Part shown: positions 1-8,696 of the stretch, one piece after another
Layout of the letters: every line of letters starts with the position of its first letter
Position numbering within the stretch: position 1 is the first letter of the stretch
NCBI GenBank assembly: GCA_937900725.1
Contig: CALCFP010000400.1
Span: 1-29,071, forward strand
Length of the DNA stretch: 29,071 nucleotides
Direction: 5' to 3'
From: an uncultured Bacteroidota bacterium
GTDB lineage: Bacteria > Bacteroidota > Bacteroidia > Bacteroidales > SZUA-534
Translations under genes and position numbers: made by a program
Notes under the pieces: generated by a model
What the model saw: only the letters and a program-made list of their open reading frames with translations
The model's database searches: none
What the model was told of the DNA's origin: nothing

Positions 1-230
1 TTGGCTTGTTTCTTTGTGGCAACGAACAGAATCTTGCGGCCTGCATAAGCAAGCTGCCTCATAATGTCTGCTGCCTCATCTATCTTTACAACAGTTTTGT
101 GCAGGTCGATGATGTGGATTCCGTTTTTCTCCATAAAGATGTATGGAGCCATAGCTGGATTCCATTTTCTTTTCAGGTGGCCAAAGTGTGCACCTGCGTC
201 CAATAATTCTTGAAAATTAACTCTAGACAT
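1..230 (-). CDS. rpsB: 30S ribosomal protein S2 (5' part; runs off the window)
   Basis: Not in the ORF track. Manual translation from the ATG at 230 gives MSRVNFQELLDAGAHFGHLKRKWNPAMAPYIFMEKNGIHIIDLHKT...ILFVATKKQA, the S2 signature. It follows rpsI, as is usual in Bacteroidota. Confidence 0.97.
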   Translation of the reverse strand, partial: MSRVNFQELLDAGAHFGHLKRKWNPAMAPYIFMEKNGIHIIDLHKTVVKIDEAADIMRQLAYAGRKILFVATKKQA

Positions 231-268
231 TTTTAAATTTTTTTCGTTTACATTCTTGTTGTAAAAGC

Positions 269-320
269 AATCGTTAAGTAGTTCTGCGGTTTCAGAAGTC
301 TTAACAATTTAGATACTAAA
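269..320 (-). promoter_or_regulatory. Putative structured rpsB leader (S2 autoregulation candidate)
   Basis: The rpsI-rpsB spacer folds: aattgttaag/cttaacgatt encloses ttctg-aaaccg-cagaa (269-309), plus a small tttag/ctaaa hairpin (308-320). Function is inferred from position only. Confidence 0.45.
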
Positions 321-341
321 CGATATTCTCGTGCAGCATCA

Positions 342-728
342 TTAACGCTTACTGAACTGGAATCTCTTGCGAGCCTTCTTCTGACCAGGTTTCTTACGCT
401 CAACCTCACGTGGGTCGCGGGTAACAAATCCAGCTGCCTTCAGTGGCTTGCGGTTGTCAGCGTCGAGTTTCATCAGGGCGCGGGTGATTCCAAGACGGCA
501 AGCCTCTGCCTGTCCTTTTACACCGCCACCGTCGATGATGGCCTTAACGTCGAACTTTCCGTTCAATGACAACACGCCGAATGGTTGCATTACAATGTAT
601 TGCAAAGTGTCAACAGGAAAATATTCCTTTATGTCTTTGCCGTTGATTGTTACATTGCCTGCACCTTGGCTCAAGTAAACGCGTGCGATAGCGGACTTTC
701 TACGTCCAACTGCATTAATAACTTCCAT
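342..728 (-). CDS. rpsI: 30S ribosomal protein S9
   Basis: N-terminal GRRKSAIARV, GGGVKGQA, and C-terminal RDPREVERKKPGQKKARKRFQFSKR. Confidence 0.99.
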   Translation of the reverse strand: MEVINAVGRRKSAIARVYLSQGAGNVTINGKDIKEYFPVDTLQYIVMQPFGVLSLNGKFDVKAIIDGGGVKGQAEACRLGITRALMKLDADNRKPLKAAGFVTRDPREVERKKPGQKKARKRFQFSKR

Positions 729-729
729 T

Positions 730-1185
730 TTACTTGATTGAATTTAGGTTAATCAATTCAGGCTTTTGAGCTTCGTGTGGGTGGCTCTCACCTGCATATA
801 CAAAAAGATTGCGGTACAAAGCTGCGCCAAGCTTGTTCTTTGGCAGCATGCCTTTTACTGCTGTTTCTACCATTGCGATTGGGTTCTTGACCATCAATTT
901 CTCTGCAACGATAGTGCGTTGTCCACCTGGATAACCAGTGTAGTGTGTGTACTCTTTACCTGCCCACTTGTTGCCTGTAAGCTGAACTTTGTCAGCGTTG
1001 ATGATGATGACGTTGTCACCGCAGTCAACGTGAGGAGTAAAGTTGGTCTTGTGCTTACCTCTCAATAGGAAGGCAGCACCTGAGGCAAGACGGCCTAAGA
1101 CTTCGTCTTTGGCGTCGATAACAACCCATTTCTTTTCTACGGTTGCCTTGTTTGCCGAGATTGTCTTTAAACTAAGTGTGTCCAC
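730..1185 (-). CDS. rplM: 50S ribosomal protein L13 (GTG start)
   Basis: WVVIDA...LGRLAS...LRGKHKTNFTPHVDCGDNVIIINA, HYTGYPGG and KGMLPKN motifs. Confidence 0.99.
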   Translation of the reverse strand: MDTLSLKTISANKATVEKKWVVIDAKDEVLGRLASGAAFLLRGKHKTNFTPHVDCGDNVIIINADKVQLTGNKWAGKEYTHYTGYPGGQRTIVAEKLMVKNPIAMVETAVKGMLPKNKLGAALYRNLFVYAGESHPHEAQKPELINLNSIK

Positions 1186-1221
1186 TCTAATCCTAACTTT
1201 TTAATTAATAAATAAATACTC

Positions 1222-1254
1222 TCCACATTTCCCCAAATGTGGACTGCAAAAATA
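1222..1254 (-). promoter_or_regulatory. rplM operon promoter (-7 box) and 5' leader hairpin
   Basis: Minus-strand TATTTTTG (1247-1254) matches the Bacteroidota TAnnTTTG -7 element. Just downstream is a perfect 9-bp hairpin, tccacattt-cccc-aaatgtgga (1222-1243). Confidence 0.65.
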
Positions 1255-1435
1255 CAATTTTATATCAAATGCGCAATCATTATCAACATCATTTTGTTGA
1301 TATGAGTTTGTTGTTGATTCTTAATGTGTTAATGTCGTGCGTGTTACGTAATTCCATTTGTGCCCGCATTTTTTTGCCTTGAGGAAATGTCATTTTTTGC
1401 TGATGTCGCCTGAAAAACCGATTGCATTTGTGGGG

Positions 1436-4400
1436 CTAATCGTGGTCGATGATGATTTTTTGCGACTTGAATTGTCCGTTGTGGATGATGCGGTAGAAAT
1501 ACACGCCTGAACTGTACCGGCTTATGTTGAAGGCGTGGCTGTTGAATCCTGTGGTGGCCGGCCCGTCGTAGAGAGTGCTGATGAATTCGCCTTTGGAGTC
1601 GAGCAATTCAATCTTGACATCATGGTTGTCAGGTACTATGAAACCTATTTCCAACTTGCTGCTTGCCGGATTCGGTTTTGGGGTGCATGCTGTGAACTCG
1701 TTGTTGTTCAGTATTATGCAGTATTCGTTGTCGGATGGTTCCTCATCAGCAAAACGGCTCGATGGCTGTGCTGACACGCAGATGTATTCCAGTCTTGAAG
1801 GCATGGCTTCGCCAATGTTGGCGCCAAATTGGTATTGCAGTATCTTGTTCTCCTTGATAGTGTCGGATATGGTCTCGCAAATATGATGCCCTATATTGTC
1901 GTGCCATTCTATGTCGATGTCGGCAATGTCGAAGTTGCTACGGTTGGCAACTACTGCCTTCACGCTTATGAAGCCGTTGCTTGTCTCGGCGGATGCCGAC
2001 ACTAGAGTGATGTCGCTGTGCGGGTTGAGGGCCGTCACGGTTCGGGTTGCCGTGTCGGCGCAATTGTCGTTTCTGGCTATGAGTTGCACATTGTAGTCAT
2101 CTTCATAATTATATGTGTGGCAGGCATCGGCCTCGGTTGATTGCTCGCCGTCGCCGAAATGCCAGATGTAGTTGTCGGCTTCCTCGCTGTTGTTGATAAA
2201 TTCAGCCTCGAATGGTACAGGCCCGCGTGTCTGCAAAGTGTGGAACGATGCCGATGGCGTGTTGTGTACGTTGATTGTTGTGTCGAATGAATTGGTGCAT
2301 CCCATGCTGTCGATAATGGTGAGCATGACCTTGTGCTTCCCGTTGGTCGCAAATTGGTGCCTGATATGAGTTCCATTCTCGGCAGGCAAAGTGTCGTCTA
2401 TGTTCCAGATCCACGCTGACGTCTTGCTCCTCGGCTCGTTGTTAGAGCCTGTCAATGTCGATGCCTGCCCATTGCAGATGTCGTTTGCAATGATTGCCGG
2501 CCGTGGTCTTGGTCTTATGTTGATGTCTTTGCTGACTGACGATGTGCAGTTGTTTGCTATCTGATTGGCGGTGAGTGTGATGATATATATACCCGTGTCG
2601 TTGAACGTGGTGGCCGGGCTTCTTTGCGATGAGAACTTTGTGGTGTCCTTTGTCCAGATGTAGTTTGTTGCAAGTCCGAAGGCCACGTTTGTCTTGTTGG
2701 TGAAATATATTGGCGTGTTGATGCAGGCGGGGCTGTAGGGGAAATCGACTTTCGGCCCTTGCTTTACATTTATTGTGCGGTTCAGCGTGTCAGTGCAGCC
2801 ATGGGCTGTGGTTACTGTCAGGCTGACATTTTGCTCGCCGTATGTGTTGTATGTTGTCTGTGGGTTGCGCTCGGTGTATGTGGTGTCGTTCATTGTCCAC
2901 AGCCACGAACTGATGTAACTGTCGGCTGTGACGCTATGATCGGTAAACTGTGTGCTTGTGAAAGAACAGCATTGGGTAGGCGCGAAATCGGCTTTAGGCA
3001 GAGAGTCGATGTGGACAATCTGCTTGAGCACGTTGTTGCAACCGTTTGAACACGTTATGGCAAGTTGCAGACTGTAGTTGCCACTATATTTATATGTATG
3101 TGTAGGGTTTGTAATGTTCGATGTTGTCCCGTCGCCAAAAGTCCACTCATATGTGTTTATGGCGCTGTTGTCGTTGCTGTGCGACTTGTCTGTAAAGTCG
3201 ATGGCCCGTGTTGCGCAAGGCGCACTAAAGGTGAAATCGGGTGTTGGGGCGATGCCTACAACGTTGATGTATGCGCTCTTGCGAGCCTTGCAACCAATAG
3301 AGTCGGTTGTTGTCACTGCGTATGAGCCAGATTCTTTCACTGCTATGTGGTCTGCCGTTGTCCCGTCTGACCAAAGGTATCCAACAGTCTCTTCAAAGCC
3401 TGTCTGCAGGTAGATGTTGTTGCCCACGCAGGCTGGAATGGTGTCGTTGCCAAGCGAGACGCGGTTGACGTACGTATCCACGCTTACGGAAATAGTATCG
3501 CTAGTCCATTCATACCCAGCCGTGTCGGTGATGACGACCCAATATTTGCCTTCCTCGTGTATTTTCAGTGTTTTGTCGGCCGAGCCATCGCTCCACAGGT
3601 AGTAGTAAGGGCCAGAAAGATCAGGGTTCCAGGTAATGGTGTCGCCAAGGCAGATGGTTGTGTCGGAGAACCTTTTTCCGAAAACGACACGGGTCTCAAG
3701 TGTTCTGGTGAATCCGAAAGTGTCAACGACGGTGACAGAATAGAGTCCAGGTTTAGAGAAAGACCTAACGGAATCAGAAGAACCGTCGTTCCACTTGTAT
3801 GATACGAATTGCGGGTCGGAAACGTTGATGGAGACGGAGTCGTAAGCCACGATGAATGGACTCCAATCGAAGTGAGTCGAGTACTTGTCACGAAGGTAGT
3901 TCATTACCATTAAGGAGTCCTTATTATTAAGGTAGTTATTGAAGATGATAATTTCTGCAATTTCGCCATCAAGAGACAAAGATCCATTTGGAGGTGTTGT
4001 GCCATTGGAGTTGTTATATCCACCGATAAGGAAATTGAAAGTACTGTTCATATCAACGGCGTTGGTATTGAACTCGCCAAGTTGGTTGCCGTTGGCAATA
4101 AGTGAGCAGACGGATGAATCGGGGTTGTGGAAAGCTTGTAATACCTTATAATCACCGAAATCCAGAGGCTTGGATAATGTTGAGTTGTTGTAGATAAAAC
4201 AAATATTATTTTCATAAAAGACGGCGTATCTTAAAGAGGAAATCGCCGTCTTGCTTTTAGCCACAAAACAACCATTTTTCTTGTTGCTTTTCCCGACAAT
4301 GAATATAGAAGTTCCGTTAGGTCCTAAGTCGCAAATGTCCCCGCCGTTCAAGTAGTCATTTCCATCGAATACCATTGTTGGATTGCCGTTAAGTGCATTA

Positions 4401-4618
4401 TCAAATAAAGTTGGTTGTGCATCATTTGATGTTTGAATGACATTGAACCCATTTCCGCTCTTGTCATAAAGCGTGTCCACATGGTTGTCGGCTGTAAGAT
4501 GCACACTGTCGGCTGAGAACCAGGCCACAAGTCCGTTGATGCCACGTATCTCGTCAGCCGTCTGTGCATTGACAAACAACGCCAAAAACAAAAAAGCCAG
4601 TGTGAACAGTCTCTTCAT
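1436..4618 (-). CDS. T9SS-secreted PKD-repeat protein with N-terminal LamG/concanavalin-like domain
   Basis: Signal peptide MKRLFTLAFLFLALFVNA; LVAWFSAD...LDGEIAEIIIFN LamG-like region; YLWSDG repeats; PKD motifs (WTFGDG...NPTHTY, WHFGDG); type-A T9SS C-terminal domain (PNPASS...SGVYFYRI...KIII). Confidence 0.85.
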   Translation of the reverse strand: MKRLFTLAFLFLALFVNAQTADEIRGINGLVAWFSADSVHLTADNHVDTLYDKSGNGFNVIQTSNDAQPTLFDNALNGNPTMVFDGNDYLNGGDICDLGPNGTSIFIVGKSNKKNGCFVAKSKTAISSLRYAVFYENNICFIYNNSTLSKPLDFGDYKVLQAFHNPDSSVCSLIANGNQLGEFNTNAVDMNSTFNFLIGGYNNSNGTTPPNGSLSLDGEIAEIIIFNNYLNNKDSLMVMNYLRDKYSTHFDWSPFIVAYDSVSINVSDPQFVSYKWNDGSSDSVRSFSKPGLYSVTVVDTFGFTRTLETRVVFGKRFSDTTICLGDTITWNPDLSGPYYYLWSDGSADKTLKIHEEGKYWVVITDTAGYEWTSDTISVSVDTYVNRVSLGNDTIPACVGNNIYLQTGFEETVGYLWSDGTTADHIAVKESGSYAVTTTDSIGCKARKSAYINVVGIAPTPDFTFSAPCATRAIDFTDKSHSNDNSAINTYEWTFGDGTTSNITNPTHTYKYSGNYSLQLAITCSNGCNNVLKQIVHIDSLPKADFAPTQCCSFTSTQFTDHSVTADSYISSWLWTMNDTTYTERNPQTTYNTYGEQNVSLTVTTAHGCTDTLNRTINVKQGPKVDFPYSPACINTPIYFTNKTNVAFGLATNYIWTKDTTKFSSQRSPATTFNDTGIYIITLTANQIANNCTSSVSKDINIRPRPRPAIIANDICNGQASTLTGSNNEPRSKTSAWIWNIDDTLPAENGTHIRHQFATNGKHKVMLTIIDSMGCTNSFDTTINVHNTPSASFHTLQTRGPVPFEAEFINNSEEADNYIWHFGDGEQSTEADACHTYNYEDDYNVQLIARNDNCADTATRTVTALNPHSDITLVSASAETSNGFISVKAVVANRSNFDIADIDIEWHDNIGHHICETISDTIKENKILQYQFGANIGEAMPSRLEYICVSAQPSSRFADEEPSDNEYCIILNNNEFTACTPKPNPASSKLEIGFIVPDNHDVKIELLDSKGEFISTLYDGPATTGFNSHAFNISRYSSGVYFYRIIHNGQFKSQKIIIDHD

Positions 4619-4635
4619 TTGTCCAGTATAAACCC

Positions 4636-4643
4636 CAAAGATA
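4636..4643 (-). promoter_or_regulatory. Putative -7 promoter box of the PKD protein gene
   Basis: Minus-strand TATCTTTG (TAnnTTTG) about 18 nt upstream of the ATG at 4618. Confidence 0.5.
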
Positions 4644-4690
4644 TATTATTTCGGGGCTTGTGGAGTGAGGTTTTGATATATGCTTGTATT

Positions 4691-4781
4691 TTAACCACGA
4701 ATTACACTAATTGACACGAAACTAACTATGCTTTATAACCACGAATTACACTAATTAGCACGAATGTTTTTTTCGTGGTTG
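4691..4781. repeat. CACGAATT-family repeat cluster 1
   Basis: ttaaccacgaattacactaattgacacgaa (4691-4720), taaccacgaattacactaattagcacgaa (4736-4764) and inverted partial ttcgtggttg (4772-4781), next to the deacetylase stop codon. Confidence 0.95.
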
Positions 4782-4782
4782 G

Positions 4783-5697
4783 TCAGTTTTTCGCTATTCT
4801 TTGCAGGAAAATGTCCAATAGCCTTATAGTCGCTTGTGACTGTAATTTCGGATGTGAAAGAAAATGTATGTATTGATATTTCTTGTACAGCAATATATAG
4901 AAGCGTAGCAATACGGGATTCAGTAATTCCACACTAATAGGTAGTGTAAACGAAATATAACTCTGCTTCTCTGTGTGTTTCTTATTCATAGGTGCAGATG
5001 AAATACCGTCCCCCATAGGTCTAAAATGGGCCTTATGTTTATTCATTCGATAACACAACGCATTGGCAATCTTCCACAATCCTGATATGGTAATGGCAGT
5101 GATGGGGTATTCCTGTATGTCTTGAGATGAATAAAGTTCCATCTGTTCCGAAATCGGTTTGACAGAACTATAATCTTTTGTTATGCCATATTTTTTTAAA
5201 AATGGTAGCAACGATTCCAATGCATCCAAACATAAACCTCCAGCCCGAAATCCGTCTATGGATTGCTTAACACCCGCATCTGTAAGTATGGAATTGAGTA
5301 TACGAACCGAATCGGCAAATAGCCTGTCTTTTGTCGTATCATCTACATCTTCTATTTTATAGTACCGTGTATTTGAAAGATTCCATTGGTTTTCTGACTC
5401 GTTATACTGAGCATCAAGCCAATGTGGATGAAGATGATGACATAAAATATGCCCTTGTTGTACAATCTGTTTCAATTGACTACGAATATGCCGATAGTCT
5501 CTTTTTATCTGTGAATAGGTGTCTTGTATGCCTTCCATACGGGCAAGATATGTTGTGTCAACAAAGAAGATAGCCTGTTGCTTGTGTTTCGCCAATATGT
5601 CTAGAAGCATATTGGTCGGCTTTATAAGGCAATTATCAATAGTACCTGATTTTGTACCAAGAAATAATTCATAATCGAATGTCAGCAATACACCCAT
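4783..5697 (-). CDS. Polysaccharide deacetylase family (CE4-like) protein
   Basis: LTFDYE, HHLHPHW, GFRAGG and FLSHPK motifs typical of NodB-like deacetylases in glycan loci. Confidence 0.8.
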   Translation of the reverse strand: MGVLLTFDYELFLGTKSGTIDNCLIKPTNMLLDILAKHKQQAIFFVDTTYLARMEGIQDTYSQIKRDYRHIRSQLKQIVQQGHILCHHLHPHWLDAQYNESENQWNLSNTRYYKIEDVDDTTKDRLFADSVRILNSILTDAGVKQSIDGFRAGGLCLDALESLLPFLKKYGITKDYSSVKPISEQMELYSSQDIQEYPITAITISGLWKIANALCYRMNKHKAHFRPMGDGISSAPMNKKHTEKQSYISFTLPISVELLNPVLLRFYILLYKKYQYIHFLSHPKLQSQATIRLLDIFLQRIAKN

Positions 5698-6704
5698 TAT
5701 TTTGATTTTTTTACTTCCAAACCTTTAAGATTGATAAAAGAACAATCCTTGCCTGTAAGTATGGATTTACAACGCATGGCAAAAGTTATTATATAATATT
5801 TTATGGGATGTATGATTTTTATGAAATGGTAGCCGTATTCAATTTCACCACCTAATTTCAGTTTGAAATTTTGAATTCTTGATAATTTATCATTCTCAGA
5901 TAAATTTAAACGATATCCACCAGGATAATATTTTTCAATGCCTTTATTTTTAAATTTTAAATATGACTGCCAATACAAATATTTATTGGACCCTTTGAAT
6001 CCTGTACTATAGTTATATCCAGAATACAAATAATAGACATTCTTTTTGTCATATAAGAAAAACATTGAAGAGTCTGTTTTATCATTGATTACAGAAATGC
6101 CAATTAATACATTTTCCCATAATATATTCAAATAAGATTTCAAGTAGTTTTTATCTAAATATTCAATATTTTCCCGTTCTCTTGTTTTTTCATAGCATGT
6201 CCAAAACTGATCAATATAGGAGGTGGAAAACATTACTTGTACACCTATCTTTTCTGCTTTTTTTATGTCTCTTCTTGTGTTTTCATTACATTTTTTATAC
6301 AAATCAAATGCTTCATGCTTCAAATTCGTTTGTATAATACCAAATGGATAGATAAAAGAATTTTGGGGAATTGCTTTGAATACAACAATATGACTTGGTG
6401 GAAACATAACATCCACTATGTTCCGCATTTTTAAGAATGTATGAAACTCATCAAGAAATTGTTTTTCTTTCTCTACCGAAAGTCTATTCCCATTTTTATC
6501 TAATGGAGCATACAAGTAATCTCCCTTTCGGAAATAATTCATTGTATAAACTGTAAAGGGAACTACATTTAATTCATCATCAACGCACAACAGATACTGT
6601 TTCTGATGTAATTGTTCCTCTACAGTTTTCCATTTATCCCAAAAGAAAATTGGAAAATCGTCTTGGCAAGAAGTTATTTCGTGTATTGAATTAATGATTT
6701 TCAT
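5697..6704 (-). CDS. FemAB-like / GNAT aminoacyl- or acyl-transferase
   Basis: NTRRDIKKAEKIGV, YYLYSG and NFKLKLGG match the FemABX/GNAT tandem pattern. Confidence 0.7.
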   Translation of the reverse strand: MKIINSIHEITSCQDDFPIFFWDKWKTVEEQLHQKQYLLCVDDELNVVPFTVYTMNYFRKGDYLYAPLDKNGNRLSVEKEKQFLDEFHTFLKMRNIVDVMFPPSHIVVFKAIPQNSFIYPFGIIQTNLKHEAFDLYKKCNENTRRDIKKAEKIGVQVMFSTSYIDQFWTCYEKTRERENIEYLDKNYLKSYLNILWENVLIGISVINDKTDSSMFFLYDKKNVYYLYSGYNYSTGFKGSNKYLYWQSYLKFKNKGIEKYYPGGYRLNLSENDKLSRIQNFKLKLGGEIEYGYHFIKIIHPIKYYIITFAMRCKSILTGKDCSFINLKGLEVKKSK

Positions 6705-7251
6705 TATTGTAATACAAACTTTGTAAGTCTGGATATTTTTCTAGCAACGCTTTATCTATAGCTCGTGTATCTCCTATTACTCGTGCTGGCTGTCCTCGCA
6801 AAATAGAATAATCAGGGAATTCACCTTTTACATACGAATATGCAGACACAATACAACCTTTGCCTATCTTTGTGTTTGGCATAATTACAGAATGAGGTCC
6901 TATATATGTATTTTCCCCAATATATACCGAGCCGACAAGTTTTGTTTCTTCAGTTAAAGAAAACCGAATTGAATTATGAGTCGAATGGGTTAAAATGCTT
7001 GTGTGATTTGTTATTTCAACATTATCGCAGATTGTCAAATGTGCATTTTTGCCATCGATATAATTAAAATGACCTATAAAAACATTTTCGCCTATATATA
7101 AATTTTCCCCATCTTGAGAAATGTGCGTCATATTACTAACGCCTGTATGTTTACAAAAAACACCATTTGCATTCATCCAACCGCCAATTATCTCTGGCTG
7201 AATACGCTTTAGAAAAAGATATCTGAATTTTTGTTTTATCCGATGCAACAT
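6691..7251 (-). CDS. Hexapeptide-repeat (LbH) acyltransferase; likely start ATG 7251 (ORF extends to 7275)
   Basis: IGENVFIG, VYIGENTYIGPHSVIMPNTKIGKGCIV and GQPARVI motifs. Confidence 0.85.
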   Translation of the reverse strand: MLHRIKQKFRYLFLKRIQPEIIGGWMNANGVFCKHTGVSNMTHISQDGENLYIGENVFIGHFNYIDGKNAHLTICDNVEITNHTSILTHSTHNSIRFSLTEETKLVGSVYIGENTYIGPHSVIMPNTKIGKGCIVSAYSYVKGEFPDYSILRGQPARVIGDTRAIDKALLEKYPDLQSLYYNNENH

Positions 7252-7252
7252 A

Positions 7253-8503
7253 TTAACATAATATTTTTGAAACAAAGTTAGTATAATTCATTTGGGCTTC
7301 GTAATTGTTTTTCCAAAATTCATATGCCTTTTTTCTATATGCCATTTGTTGTCCTGATGGCGACATCAAATAATTATCTAAAAGCTGGGCTGTAACATTT
7401 ATATCAAAATCCCTTTCTATTAAGAAACCTATATGATTATTAACGGCTTCCGAAGTTCCTCCAACATTAGTTGCAACAACTGGAATGCCCGCTGATAAAG
7501 CCTCCATTATACTTACAGGGATTCCTTCATTATCGCTGACATTTATAAATAAATCTATATGGTTTTGAGCATAGTAATCCAACAAACAATCATTGGAAAC
7601 CATACCTTTTAATTCATATTTTAACTGCGGATACTGTCGTTCTATCGTTTCATAAATCTTTTTCATACACTCCTTGTATCCAGCTCCAAAATGTATCCAC
7701 GTTATATTATTAACTTTCATTTTTGAAAGTATTTCTACTATAAGATGTACTCGTTTCATAGGGTTAATATTACTGCAACTGCAAATCACAAACTCATCGT
7801 TTGTTTTATGTAGCAATGGAGTCCTGTCGTTGAATTTTCCCAATCGTGAAACGACAACTTTTTCAGTCAAGTCTTTATTCAAATATGTCTCAAAAGCCTT
7901 TTTACCTGCGTCGGAAATTGAAATGGTCTTTGTAAGGTTTTCGATAATAAATTTCTTAAATGGCAAATATGGCGGATTGTTTTCTTCCACAAATACATCC
8001 CATCGGTGTGCACGGGCAAAACATTTTATGTTTGGATTTTCCCTGCGTAACAGCGCCAACGCCATTGCCTTGTAATCGTGCCAATATGAATAGAATATGC
8101 AATCTGTAGAGACGTGGCGCACCGCGTCTTTACAATATGTTTCAATGATTTTTTTCAGATTGAATGCCCTATGAACCTCAACAAACAATATCTTGAATGC
8201 CTGCAACCAATATCTCATTGGCAATGTTTTCACAACAAAACAAATTTCTGTCAGCACCATAGGTGTGAACAAGCGCCATATCGATTCCCATTTCTGCGTT
8301 TCCAATTCCGTACGGGAGAATTGCTTTACTTCCATATTTTCGGGCACATATCGATGTAGTTCTGCACCATCTGGTTTTGCAGAGGTGAGTACTAGTATTC
8401 TTTCAAACCTGTCCGCTATCACCCGCATCTCGTCGTCTACAAAAAATTCACGGGCTGAAATAGGGTAGTTGTCGCAAAGGAATATTAATGTTTTGTTGCT
8501 CAT
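7253..8503 (-). CDS. Glycosyltransferase family 4
   Basis: DLFINVSDNEGIPVSIMEALSAGIPVVATNVGG, the EX7E GT-B motif. Confidence 0.92.
   Translation of the reverse strand: MSNKTLIFLCDNYPISAREFFVDDEMRVIADRFERILVLTSAKPDGAELHRYVPENMEVKQFSRTELETQKWESIWRLFTPMVLTEICFVVKTLPMRYWLQAFKILFVEVHRAFNLKKIIETYCKDAVRHVSTDCIFYSYWHDYKAMALALLRRENPNIKCFARAHRWDVFVEENNPPYLPFKKFIIENLTKTISISDAGKKAFETYLNKDLTEKVVVSRLGKFNDRTPLLHKTNDEFVICSCSNINPMKRVHLIVEILSKMKVNNITWIHFGAGYKECMKKIYETIERQYPQLKYELKGMVSNDCLLDYYAQNHIDLFINVSDNEGIPVSIMEALSAGIPVVATNVGGTSEAVNNHIGFLIERDFDINVTAQLLDNYLMSPSGQQMAYRKKAYEFWKNNYEAQMNYTNFVSKILC
8105..8134. repeat. GTAG-type REP-like palindrome embedded in frame in the GT4 gene
   Basis: tgtagagacgtgg-cgca-ccgcgtctttaca: 13-bp stem with 2 G:T pairs, a GC-rich island in an AT-rich gene. 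It is exactly 10 codons (CKDAVRHVST). Confidence 0.75.
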
Positions 8504-8505
8504 TT

Positions 8506-8683
8506 TTAACCACTAATTACAACGCTTTATAACCACTAATTACACTAATTTTCACGAAACTTTTACGTTTTATAACCACTAATTACACTAATTTTCACGA
8601 ATGACTTTCATTTAATTAGTGTTAATTCGTGAAATTCGTGGTCACATATAAGATTAGTGTTCCCCACGTGAAATTCGTGGTAA
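8506..8683. repeat. CACGAATT-family repeat cluster 2
   Basis: Forward arms at 8506-8520 (truncated), 8530-8558 and 8573-8601 (the last two identical: taaccactaattacactaattttcacgaa). Inverted arms at 8615-8642 and 8653-8683. Confidence 0.95.
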
Positions 8684-8696
8684 ACGTAAAAAAAAA

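Noticed and set aside
1281..1302. Inverted repeat tatcaaca-N6-tgttgata between the PKD gene and the rplM promoter
   Set aside because: AT-rich 8-bp stem without a clear U-tract; cannot distinguish terminator, operator or chance.
8506..8683. Repeat clusters as a CRISPR array
   Set aside because: Units occur in both orientations, spacers are about 10-15 bp and irregular, there are at most three units in tandem, and no cas genes are present.
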